From Candidatus Latescibacterota bacterium (GTDB lineage: Bacteria; Latescibacterota; UBA2968; UBA8231), in assembly GCA_963422735.1 (NCBI GenBank), contig OY730476.1, positions 3,584,001-3,648,000 of the forward strand: a stretch of DNA of 64,000 nt, in the 5' to 3' direction. The notes beneath the pieces are model-generated. The model did no database searches. It saw only the letters and a program-made list of their open reading frames with translations, and was not told the origin of the DNA. Position 1 is the stretch's first letter. Each line of letters begins with the position of its first letter. Shown here one piece after another: positions 9,676 to 19,000 of the stretch. The position numbers and the translations under genes are program-made.

Positions 9676-10979
9676 TGGTGCCCATTGCGTCCTATCCCTC
9701 CGAGCCGCTCGCCGCTCCGCTCGCCGCTCTGTTGGCTCGCTGCCCCGAGTCCGACCGCGAGGTCGAGGACGCGGTGCGGGGCATTCTGCAGCAGGTGCGG
9801 GAAGAAGGCGATGCCGCGTTGTGTGCGCTGACGCGGTGCTTGGATGGCGTGGAGGTGTGCCCTCGGCAGTTGCGGGTACCAGCGTCCGTGCTCGCCGAGG
9901 CCGAGGCCGCGCTCGACCCGAGTCTGCGCGCTTCCATGGAGGCGGCTGTAGCCAATATCCGCGCCTTTCACGAGCGGCAAAAATACAACTCTTGGTTTGT
10001 CGAAGATGGCGACGGAGTGATGCTGGGCAAGAAAATCACGCCCATCGAGCGGGTGGGGCTATGCGTACCAGCCGGCGAGGTGCCGCTGTTCTCGAGCCTA
10101 CTAATGACAGCCGTGCCCGCGCAGGTGGCTGGCGTGGACCAACTCTGCGTGGTCACGCCGCCGGTAGCAGCCGGTCGGCCGGCCCCAGTGATTGCGGCTG
10201 CCGCACGCCTGCTGGGCATTGACGAAGTGTACGCCGTGGGCGGAGCACAGGCCGTGGCTGCCCTCGCCTATGGCACGGAGAGCATCCCGCCGGTCCACAA
10301 GATCGTCGGCCCGGGTTCTCCCTATACGGTGGCTGCACAGCGACAGGTCTTCGGCGCGGTGGGCATCGCGCTGTTGCCCGGCCCGTCGGAAATTGTGGTG
10401 CTCGCCGACGCCGGGGCCGATCCGCGCTTGGTAGCCGCGGATTTGCTCTCTCAAGCCGAGCACGGCTGGGGTGTGGCGTCCGTGTGTATCACGGATTGCG
10501 CGGCCCTAGCGCGCCGTGTACAGGAGGAACTCAAAGCGCAACGAGCGGTGCTCCCGCGCTATTCAATTATAGATAGTGCCTTAGAAGAATATGGCGCGAT
10601 TGTCGTGGTGCCTAGCCTAGAAGTGGGGATTGAGCTGCTCAACCGCCTAGCGCCGGAGCACGCTGAATTGCAGGTAGCTGACCCATGGCGCTGGGTGGAT
10701 TCAATTCGCCACTGCGGTGCGCTCTTCCTCGGCGCAGCTTCCAGTGAACCGGTCGGCGATTACTTCGCCGGAACCAACCACGTGCTGCCGACCCAAGGCG
10801 CGGCTCGCTACGCCTCGTCGCTGGGGTGGGCCGATTTTGTCAAAACGACGAGCATCATCGCCTACACCCCCGAGCGCTTGGCCCACACGGCCGAGCACAT
10901 CGTCCGCCTAGCGCAAGCCGAGGGTCTTGATGCCCACGCGCAAGCCGTCCGCATCCGCCAACAGAAGGCCGCACCATGA
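9675..10979 (+). CDS. hisD: Histidinol dehydrogenase
   Basis: True start is the ATG overlapping the hisG stop (TGATG); GGAQAVAALAYG, GPSEI, DLLSQAEH, APEH, GDYFAGTNHVLPT. Confidence 0.95.
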   Translation: MVPIASYPSEPLAAPLAALLARCPESDREVEDAVRGILQQVREEGDAALCALTRCLDGVEVCPRQLRVPASVLAEAEAALDPSLRASMEAAVANIRAFHERQKYNSWFVEDGDGVMLGKKITPIERVGLCVPAGEVPLFSSLLMTAVPAQVAGVDQLCVVTPPVAAGRPAPVIAAAARLLGIDEVYAVGGAQAVAALAYGTESIPPVHKIVGPGSPYTVAAQRQVFGAVGIALLPGPSEIVVLADAGADPRLVAADLLSQAEHGWGVASVCITDCAALARRVQEELKAQRAVLPRYSIIDSALEEYGAIVVVPSLEVGIELLNRLAPEHAELQVADPWRWVDSIRHCGALFLGAASSEPVGDYFAGTNHVLPTQGAARYASSLGWADFVKTTSIIAYTPERLAHTAEHIVRLAQAEGLDAHAQAVRIRQQKAAP

Positions 10980-11572
10980 GCGCAGATCGCCGCACGGCGC
11001 AGATCGTGCGCCAGACGACCGAGACCGAGATCGAGTTGCAGCTATGCCTCGACGGCAGCGGTCGATGCCGCGCCGACACCGGCCTCGGATTCTTTGACCA
11101 CCTGCTCCACGCCTTGGCTCGGCATGGCCTGTGCGACCTAGAAGTCCAATGCCGCGGCGACCTGCACGTGGATGCCCACCACACTGTGGAAGACGTGGGC
11201 ATCTGCCTCGGCCAAGCCATCGTCCAAGCCTTGGGCGACAAGGCCGGCATCCAGCGCTACGGCCACAGCTACGTGCCCATGGACGAGGCACTCGCGCGGG
11301 CGGTGGTGGATTTGTCGGGCCGGGCCTATTTGGTCTTTGCCGCCGCTTTCAGCGAGGAGCGGGTCGGTGCGCTGCCTGTGTCCTTAGTGCGCGAGTTTTT
11401 CTACGCAGTGGCCGACCAAGGCCGGATGAATCTTCACCTCGACCTCGTGCGCGGCCACAACGCCCACCACGGCATTGAAGCCCTGTTCAAGGCGTTTTCC
11501 CGCGCCCTGCTCATGGCCGCGCAGCGGAGCGAGCGGATCCAGGGCATTCCTTCCACCAAGGGCGTACTCTGA
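10976..11572 (+). CDS. hisB: Imidazoleglycerol-phosphate dehydratase
   Basis: RQTTET, DAHHTVED, MDEAL, NAHHGIEALFKA, PSTKG. Confidence 0.95.
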   Translation: MSADRRTAQIVRQTTETEIELQLCLDGSGRCRADTGLGFFDHLLHALARHGLCDLEVQCRGDLHVDAHHTVEDVGICLGQAIVQALGDKAGIQRYGHSYVPMDEALARAVVDLSGRAYLVFAAAFSEERVGALPVSLVREFFYAVADQGRMNLHLDLVRGHNAHHGIEALFKAFSRALLMAAQRSERIQGIPSTKGVL

Positions 11573-11589
11573 GTCGTGGGCACTCGCCC

Positions 11590-12711
11590 ATGAAGATCTG
11601 CCACTTGATGTACGACGATATTGCCAACCCGTGGTTAGGCGGCGGCGGCGCGGTGCGGGCGATGGAACTCTACCGCCGCTTGTCCAGCCGCCACGAGATC
11701 ACCGTCGTCAGTGGCCTGTTCCCCGGGGCCGAGCCGGAGACCGAACGGCATGGCCTGCGCGTGCTACGCGTTGGCTCGGCCCGCAGCTATGCCCTGAGCC
11801 GCTTGGGCTATTGCCGAGAGGCTGTAGCCCAATTGCAGCGGCTAGAATGGGACCTGTGGATCAACGAGTTTTCGGCCTTCGCACCTTTGCGCGTCCCGGC
11901 CGCGCTGCGGCGGCAGGGTTTGCTCCTGTTTTATCACTTCACGGGGCCGCACGCCCTCGCCAAACATCCGCTTGTGGGCGGCGTAGCGTGGCTGTGTGAG
12001 CAGCGCGTCCTTCGCGCCTATGGCCGGATCTTGACGATTGCCCCCAGTGTGCAAGCGCATATCAAGCGGCGCGCTCCCCGCGCGGCTGTCGATATAGTGT
12101 ACAGCGGTGTCGATCGCCGCTTTTTCGCGCTCGAACCCAAGGAAGCTCCTTACGTGCTCTACTTTGGTCGCATGGATATATACACCAAGGGGATTGACCT
12201 ATTAATCGCCGCGTTTGCCGAGATGGCCCCCGAGCACCCAGATATCCGCCTCACGTTGGCCGGGCGCGGCACCCCTAAACAACTGGCTAACGTGTGCAGC
12301 TTGGCACGGCAGGCAGGATTGGAGGACCGCGTGGAGATCATAGGGCGCGTGGAAGAGGACCAACAAGGCGAACTCTTGCGCCGCGCCCTTATGGTCTGCA
12401 TTCCGTCGCGCTACGAAGGTTGGTGCATGGTGGCCGTAGAAGCCGCCGCTGCTGGCAAAGCCGTGTTGGGTACCAACATTGACGGCCTGCGCGATGCCGT
12501 GCGCCACGATGAGACCGGGGTGTTGGTGCCCCCCGGTGATGTGGGTGCCTTGGCGGCCGGGATGCGCGCCCTGATCACCGACGACCCAAGGCGGCGGGCC
12601 TTGGCGGCAGCGGGCCGGGCGTGGGCCGGGCGATTTGGGTGGGATCGATTGGCCGAGGATTTGGAACAAGTGTATTTGCGTACTATTGAAAAAACGAAAC
12701 GGGGACAGTAA
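11590..12711 (+). CDS. GT4 family glycosyltransferase
   Basis: GGGGA N-terminal motif, GRMDIYTKG, PSRYEGWCMVAVEA. Confidence 0.88.
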   Translation: MKICHLMYDDIANPWLGGGGAVRAMELYRRLSSRHEITVVSGLFPGAEPETERHGLRVLRVGSARSYALSRLGYCREAVAQLQRLEWDLWINEFSAFAPLRVPAALRRQGLLLFYHFTGPHALAKHPLVGGVAWLCEQRVLRAYGRILTIAPSVQAHIKRRAPRAAVDIVYSGVDRRFFALEPKEAPYVLYFGRMDIYTKGIDLLIAAFAEMAPEHPDIRLTLAGRGTPKQLANVCSLARQAGLEDRVEIIGRVEEDQQGELLRRALMVCIPSRYEGWCMVAVEAAAAGKAVLGTNIDGLRDAVRHDETGVLVPPGDVGALAAGMRALITDDPRRRALAAAGRAWAGRFGWDRLAEDLEQVYLRTIEKTKRGQ

Positions 12712-12747
12712 TAGGCCGCCGCTGCAGTGGCTCTACGGAAGGATTTC

Positions 12748-15177
12748 ATGGTCAAAAAAAATAAACGCGCCAAAACCCAAGCTCCGGCAAGGGCCGCCGG
12801 CTCCCCCCTGTGGAATCACCGCCTGTTCCCAGTGGTCTTCTTCCTCGCCCTGAGCCTGCTGTACTTCTACGAGTTCCCCCTCTCCGACAAGATCGTCTAT
12901 GGCTTGGACGTGGGCACAGACTACCACAAGGGCGCGGCCTTGAGCTTCTGGGACAAGGTGCAGACCGTGGCGCAGCCCCTGTGGGATCCCAAGATGGGCG
13001 GCTTTCCCCAGTCCGAGGGCATTCGCCCCCAGTACTTCCCGGCATACGTCCTGTATTTTTTCACGACCTTTCAGCGCTATATCGGGTGGCGCTATATCCT
13101 GACGATGTTCGTCGCTGGCTTGGGCATGTACGCGTACTTACGCCAAATCCATGTGGGCGGTCGCGCCGCGCTGTGGGGCGGGGTGGCCTTCATGTCCGCG
13201 CCGACCTTTTTGGCGTTCCCCTTGGCCGGTCACTACGCCAAGATGGGCGTAATCGCCCTCTTTCCGTGGATCATCTGGGCGTTGGAACGGGCCTTGGCGC
13301 ATGGACGGCTGATCTATTGGGCGGTGCTGGGTGCGCTGATTGGCGCGTGTATCTACTCGCACCCGCCGATGACGTACTTCGCGCTGCTGGGCCTCGGCGT
13401 CTATTTCCTATTTAAGCTGTACCAGACGCGCCGCGAGCGGGCCTTGGTCCGGCGCTTGGTACATTTTATCGGCGCGGTAGTGCTGGGCTTGGCCTTAGGG
13501 GCCGAGGGGGCTTTCCCAGTGATGCTCTACACTCGCTCCGAGTCCAAGCGGGCCACGGGCGACGAGGTGGGGGGTAAGACCGCGGAGGAACAGCTCGCCT
13601 ATGCGCAGAGCTGGTCGCTGCACCCGGAGGAAGTGGCTTCGCTGGTGGTGCCGGAGTTCGGCGGGTACGACAACGTGCTGGTAGAGGGTGGCTCGCACTA
13701 TTGGGGCCGCAACGCGTTTAAGATCAACTCCGAGTACTTTGGCGCACTGGCCGTGCTCTTGGCCTTGTTGATCGTGCCGGATTGTCGGCGGCGTTCGCAA
13801 GTGGCCCTGCTGGTCGGCGTGTTTGTGCTGGCGTTGGCCTACGTCTTGGGCGAGCACACGCCCGTCCACTCGCTGGCGTTTCACTTGCTGCCTGGGGCGG
13901 ATGTGCAGCGTGCCATTGGCATGGGTTCGTTTGTGTTTGCCTTTGCCGGGTGTGCGCTGGCGGGGTTGGGCTTGCAGCGAGTATTGGCCGCCGACGCGGA
14001 CGAGCGCGCCTTGCTGCGGGGCCGCTTGGTCTATGTCGGCGGCGTCCTCGCCGCGCTCGCCCTGTTGATCGCTCTCTTTCCCAAAGGGGCGACCGATGCA
14101 TGGGTAAATGTGTTTTACGAAGACATTGCGCCGCAAAAGCGGGCCGTGTTGGCCGCGAGTTACGATTGGATCGCACGCGGCGGCTGGTGCGTGGTGCTGG
14201 CCATAGGCGCGGGCGTGGCCTTGCTCTATCTGCGGCTGTGGGGTCAGCTTTCGGCGACGGTGTTGGTGGGAGGCTTGTGCGCGGTGACGCTGTTCGACAC
14301 GTGGCGCGTCGATCGGGTCTATTTGCACTATCGGGATCCGGGCCACTATACCGATATTCGCCGCGAGAATCTGCGCGTGGTACAGTTTTTGCAACGCGAT
14401 GAATCGCTCTTTCGCGTCTTGCCCTTGCCCAGCTTCCGGGTGTTAGAGGAACCGGGCTATCACGTACATGGCGTTTGGTCCATCACGGGCTTTCACGATT
14501 TGACGGTAGGCCGGTACGACCGGATGCTAAAGGAGTTTGAGCCGCTGGTGCAGCAGTCTCTGTACGCGGGCGCACCGTCTGCTGGGTTCCAATCTTTGTT
14601 GAATTTGCTCAACGGCAAGTACTTGGCTGTGCCCAAGCCCATAGAGCTAAATTGGGAGGCCTATCCGCTGCGCTTGGAGGCGGCACGCTTTCGCCTGTAC
14701 GAAAATCCGCAGGCATGGCCGTGGTTTTACTTGGTGCCGGAAGCGGAGGTTTTGGACAGCGGCGAGGCGGTTTTGGCACGGTTGCTGAGCGGACGGACGG
14801 ATCCGCAGCGCGTGGCGTTGCTGGAAAGTGCATCAGCAGTGCGGCTCGATGGCGCAGGCGACCGGACGGGCGACCGGGTTGAGCGGCTGGCGTACGATCC
14901 GGCCGGTGGGCTGATCCGCTTGCGGACGCACAGTGCCGGGCCGCGCTTGTTGGTGGTGTCGGAAAATTACCAATCGAATTGGTCGGTGTGGGTGGATGGG
15001 CAGGAGGCTGAGATGCTGCGGGTGAATTATATATGGAAGGGGGTTGCTTTGCCGGCGGGGGAACACGAGGTGGAGTTTCGCTATTTTTCGCGGGTGTTGG
15101 CTTGGTCTCGGGGGGCGGTTTTGGTGGGGTTGGTGGTGGTGGGCGTGGTTGTGGCGGCGTGGCGGCGGGATGTTTGA
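12748..15177 (+). CDS. YfhO-family (GT-C-like) polytopic membrane glycosyltransferase
   Basis: PLWDPKMGGFP, many TM helices, C-terminal LVVSENYQSNWSVWVDG...NYIWKGVALPAGEHEVEFRY; ATG 12748 preferred. Confidence 0.8.
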   Translation: MVKKNKRAKTQAPARAAGSPLWNHRLFPVVFFLALSLLYFYEFPLSDKIVYGLDVGTDYHKGAALSFWDKVQTVAQPLWDPKMGGFPQSEGIRPQYFPAYVLYFFTTFQRYIGWRYILTMFVAGLGMYAYLRQIHVGGRAALWGGVAFMSAPTFLAFPLAGHYAKMGVIALFPWIIWALERALAHGRLIYWAVLGALIGACIYSHPPMTYFALLGLGVYFLFKLYQTRRERALVRRLVHFIGAVVLGLALGAEGAFPVMLYTRSESKRATGDEVGGKTAEEQLAYAQSWSLHPEEVASLVVPEFGGYDNVLVEGGSHYWGRNAFKINSEYFGALAVLLALLIVPDCRRRSQVALLVGVFVLALAYVLGEHTPVHSLAFHLLPGADVQRAIGMGSFVFAFAGCALAGLGLQRVLAADADERALLRGRLVYVGGVLAALALLIALFPKGATDAWVNVFYEDIAPQKRAVLAASYDWIARGGWCVVLAIGAGVALLYLRLWGQLSATVLVGGLCAVTLFDTWRVDRVYLHYRDPGHYTDIRRENLRVVQFLQRDESLFRVLPLPSFRVLEEPGYHVHGVWSITGFHDLTVGRYDRMLKEFEPLVQQSLYAGAPSAGFQSLLNLLNGKYLAVPKPIELNWEAYPLRLEAARFRLYENPQAWPWFYLVPEAEVLDSGEAVLARLLSGRTDPQRVALLESASAVRLDGAGDRTGDRVERLAYDPAGGLIRLRTHSAGPRLLVVSENYQSNWSVWVDGQEAEMLRVNYIWKGVALPAGEHEVEFRYFSRVLAWSRGAVLVGLVVVGVVVAAWRRDV

Positions 15178-15233
15178 CAAATGGATGGGAACGGGTGATA
15201 TTTGTCCAAAGAAATCTTGGAGGAGGCGTTTTC

Positions 15234-15758
15234 GTGGAGAGTGGCACGATAGCTTGGACTGTAGTAGGCGTCGGCATCGCGTTGGCGGGGTTAATACTGG
15301 CTACGACGCGGGGCATCCGCGTCGAAATACGGGATATCCGCGCCGAGATGCAGGTACTTGAAAATCGGCTGAATAAGAGGATAGATGAGCTTTCGGTGCG
15401 TCAGGACGAGAAGATAGATGAGCTTTCGGTGCGTCAGGACGAGAAGATAGATGGGCTTTCGGTGCGTCAGGACGAGAAGATAGATGGGCTTTCGGCGCGT
15501 CAGGACGAGAAGATGGATGAGCTTTCGGGTCGGATGAGTCGTTTGGAGCAGTCTCAGGCACATACGGCGGGGCTGATAGAAGGTATCCACACCGAGATGC
15601 GGGAGCTTTCGGCGCGGATGAGTCGTTTGGAGCAGTCTCAGGCGCATACGGCGGGGCTGATAGAGGGGATTCGGGAGTCGCTTTTTGAGCGGGCGCGTCG
15701 CGTCGGCGCTGGCGAGCGGGTGGCCGAGTCTGCCGAATCGTACGATCCGCAGAGCTGA
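15234..15758 (+). CDS. Membrane-anchored coiled-coil repeat protein
   Basis: GGAGGAGG RBS before GTG 15234; N-terminal TM helix (IAWTVVGVGIALAGLIL), then 11-aa and 28-aa repeats. Confidence 0.75.
   Translation: MESGTIAWTVVGVGIALAGLILATTRGIRVEIRDIRAEMQVLENRLNKRIDELSVRQDEKIDELSVRQDEKIDGLSVRQDEKIDGLSARQDEKMDELSGRMSRLEQSQAHTAGLIEGIHTEMRELSARMSRLEQSQAHTAGLIEGIRESLFERARRVGAGERVAESAESYDPQS
15381..15527 (+). repeat. 33-bp in-frame tandem repeat, 4 full copies plus a partial
   Basis: ATAGATG(A/G)GCTTTCGG(T/C)GCGTCAGGACGAGAAG at 15381, 15414, 15447, 15480 and a partial at 15513; encodes IDELSVRQDEK. Confidence 0.92.
15519..15671 (+). repeat. 84-bp-period in-frame repeat, about 2 copies
   Basis: ELS(G/A)RMSRLEQSQAHTAGLIEGI occurs twice, 28 codons apart, with near-identical DNA. 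Confidence 0.88.
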
Positions 15759-15863
15759 GCGGCGCGGCGATGTTGGCCCTCTCACCGAACCGAGGTGAAT
15801 TGGTTTTGGGCGTAGGGTAGGAAGTAGGTTCAGAAGATAGGTTCCCAATAGGGTAATTTGTGC

Positions 15864-15892
15864 TTGACACTTCTATTTTTTGTCGGTATAAT
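15864..15892 (+). promoter_or_regulatory. Perfect-consensus sigma70 promoter of the surface-protein locus
   Basis: TTGACA(15864)-17 nt-TATAAT(15887). Confidence 0.85.
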
Positions 15893-15955
15893 TAACTCTA
15901 TTGTATAGGATAATTTTTTATGCGTTATCGACAAAAAAGCTGCGAAAGGGGGCGT

Positions 15956-16057
15956 ATGAAAAACGCAAAAACGCAAAGTCTGAGTGGGTTTAAGGCAAAT
16001 CCATCCTTTTATATCACTTTCTTAATCAGGGACGCTTTCCCTGGGGAGGCTGAGTAA
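15956..16057 (+). CDS. Putative 33-aa leader peptide (uORF) translationally coupled to the giant gene
   Basis: AAAGGGGG RBS, MKNAKTQSLSGFKANPSFYITFLIRDAFPGEAE*; TAA overlaps the next ATG (TAATG). Confidence 0.4.
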   Translation: MKNAKTQSLSGFKANPSFYITFLIRDAFPGEAE

Positions 16058-19000
16058 TGATACACACGAAGTTGTTAATCCGGCGCTTGGCTTACGTGCC
16101 TTGGTTGCTGGCTTTTGGTTTGATGCTGAGTTGGGCTGGGGAGGCGCAGGCGGACGAGGTTAGACTAACGGTTGACAAGAAGTCAGTGCGCGAAGACGCC
16201 GGTGCAACTGAGATCACGGTGACCGCAACCAATTATGGGGCCGATGATGCGAAGAAGAAGGTGGGTGCGGATAGGTATGTGATCTTGGATCTCGACCCGG
16301 ATCAAAAAGGGCTCAATGAGCGCTTTCGCCTATCGCTGTCCACTATCATTATTCCGAAAGACAAGGATGCGGGGACAGCGACGATCACTCTCACCCCCAT
16401 TGATCTTAAGGAAGATCATGATGGGGATGCCAAGACGGATATGGTGAGTGCAGTCGGGAATGCTGGAACAGACGATGATGCTTACTGGAGCGATGCCCCC
16501 AATCTTCTCATCGAGATCTTCGGCGAGGCTGGTGCTGTCGATGTCAAGAAAGCGACTGTTGTGCTGATCGACAAAGATCAGATCACTGATCGGATTTACC
16601 TTTCGGTTTCCCCGGGCGAGATAAGCCAAGAGAGTGGCCCGACCGAGATTACGGTGACAGCAACCGTGGATGGTAAGACGGTAAACAGCAAGAGCCTGTC
16701 TTTTCCTTTGCTTGTTGTATCGGGGGATAAATTTACTGCTACTAGCTCTACTCTTGATGTTCCTAAGCCTAAAGATGATGCGATTGAGGCGACTCGCGAT
16801 ACGGATTACACTATAACGAGCTTGGGCAGTATAACAATCCCAAGGAAGAAGGTGAAGGGGACGGCGACGTTTACCATTGATCCCAAAACGGGTCCCCGTT
16901 GGGTCGGAATAGGTACTAGGTATACTGGTACAACGACGGCCACAGATCTTAAGTACAATGCCGATGGTGGTTCGGCTAAGGATGCCAGGAAGGGTGCCAA
17001 GGGTCTGAGTAAAGAGGTAGCGGCAACGGATTCGACCGAGGAACAGGGGATATCAGTCATCCCCGCTCTTCTCTCGATATCGGAGAAGAAAATTGCTGCG
17101 CTTAAAGGCGACAACAAGGGCTTCGTAGCAACTCCTAACTCAATACGCGAGGACGCTGGGACGACGGAAATCTCGCTGAAAATTACATTGGAGAATGCGC
17201 TCACAAAGGACGAGGCCGTTAAGTTCTCTGTTAAGGAAGAAACAGGAGGCGCACTGCGAGATGTGAATTACACCGCGGTATTCACTGATCTCACAATTCT
17301 AGCCGGCTCGACCGAGGGGACTGCGATGCTTACTCTCACTCCCTTCAACAACGGTGGTACGAATGATCCAAAGGTCATCACAGTGAGAGCCGAAGTCGGA
17401 AAACAATCGACGCAAGATGTCAAGGTCACGATCACCGACGATGATACGCAGTCCTTGAATATAAAGCTGTCGGCGAGTCCTGCTGATATAAAAGAGGACG
17501 CGGGTGAGACGGATGTTACGATCACCGCGACCTTAGACGGCAAGGTCTTCGATGAGGACAAGAAACTGACCTTGGTCTTGGATTCTGCTGATGCTAAGGC
17601 GACGCGCGATGTGGACTTCACCGCAATTATTCGTTCTTTGACGATTAAGGCTGGCGAGGTAAGTGGCTCGACGACGATTTCCATCACACCAGTGGACGAT
17701 GGGTTGGATGAGGACGACGATGAGCCCTTCTATGTGAAGTCTGTGACCGAGATCAAAAACGATGATGATGATAAGCTCAACGTCGGTAGTAAGATGGGAG
17801 AAGATGATGATCTGGTGGATAATCGCGCCAAGATAACGCTGAAAGATACTGGCGCGAAGGCGGCTCCGGGCGATCCGGAGGACTCCACGCCTAAGTTTAC
17901 CGGAGGTGATATCGCCGCGTCCGACACGGCTATTGAGGGCACGGCTGGCAAGGCGTTGGAGGATGTGGTACTGCCGGCGGCTACGGGCGATGGTAAGTTG
18001 ACCTACAGTGTCTCCGCCAACCTGCCCGCTGGCTTGTCGTTTGACGTGGCCACGCGGACGATTTCGGGCACACCCTTGGTCGCTGGCACGAGTTCGATCA
18101 TCTATACGGTCATTGACGGGGACACGGGCGATCAGTTGCCTGCAGAAAGCGCGGCACTGACCTACACCGTCGAAATCGCGGCCATGCCGGCCCCGACGGT
18201 TGCGGTGGCCAGTGTGGCCTCGACGCGTTCGTCGGTGCGTGAAAACGGGGAGACGGTCTCGATCACTCTCACGGCGACGTTGAGGTCGCCGGCTCCAAAA
18301 GCCGAGGAGATCCTCTTCACGGTGGTCGCTGGCACCGAAGGCGCGATGGCCGTGCGCGATGTGGATTACACCGCGTCGTTGGTCGGTGGCGTCGCCATCG
18401 CGGAGGGAGCGACCGAGGCTTCAACGACGCTGGTGTTGATGCCGCTTGACAACGGGGTAGCCGATGGCCACAAGTACCTGACCGTGCAGGCGTCAGGCTC
18501 GGGCGGCTCAGCTTCGACGATGATCAAGATCGCCGATGACGAGACGGCCAGCACGTCGATTTCGCTTTCTGCGAGTCCGCACTCGGTCAGCGAGGATGCG
18601 GGTGTGACCGAGGTGACCATCACGGCGACGTTAGACGGCAAGGTGTTGGATGCCAACGCGATTGTCACGGTGTCGGTGGATCCTGCATCGGCAGCCACGC
18701 GGGATGAGGACTACTCGGCGTTGTTCAATCCGCGCTTGGAGATTCCGGCGGGTTCGGTGTCCGGTTCGATTACCTTTCTGATTGATCCGATAGTAGACGA
18801 TCTGGACGAGGACAACGAGGCGATCAAGCTTCGGGGGGCCATTGCAGGCTTAGTGGACGGCGTGGGCGTGGTCCTGATCGACGATGTAGCCGTGGCTCCG
18901 GCGGGGCCGAGCTTGGCTTTCGCCGAGGGGACGATGGTGGACGATATTAGCATCACGGCGAGTTGGACGATGAAGTCGTTGGTGCTGCCGGAGGCGTCGG

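Noticed and set aside
15381-15527. 33-bp repeats as a CRISPR array
   Set aside because: Head-to-tail with no unique spacers, in frame inside a CDS, and no cas genes nearby
15929-16005. Possible c-di-GMP-I (GEMM) riboswitch (GAAA, ACGCAAAG, GGCAAA words)
   Set aside because: Motif order and stems do not fit the consensus by eye; an Rfam cmscan would settle it
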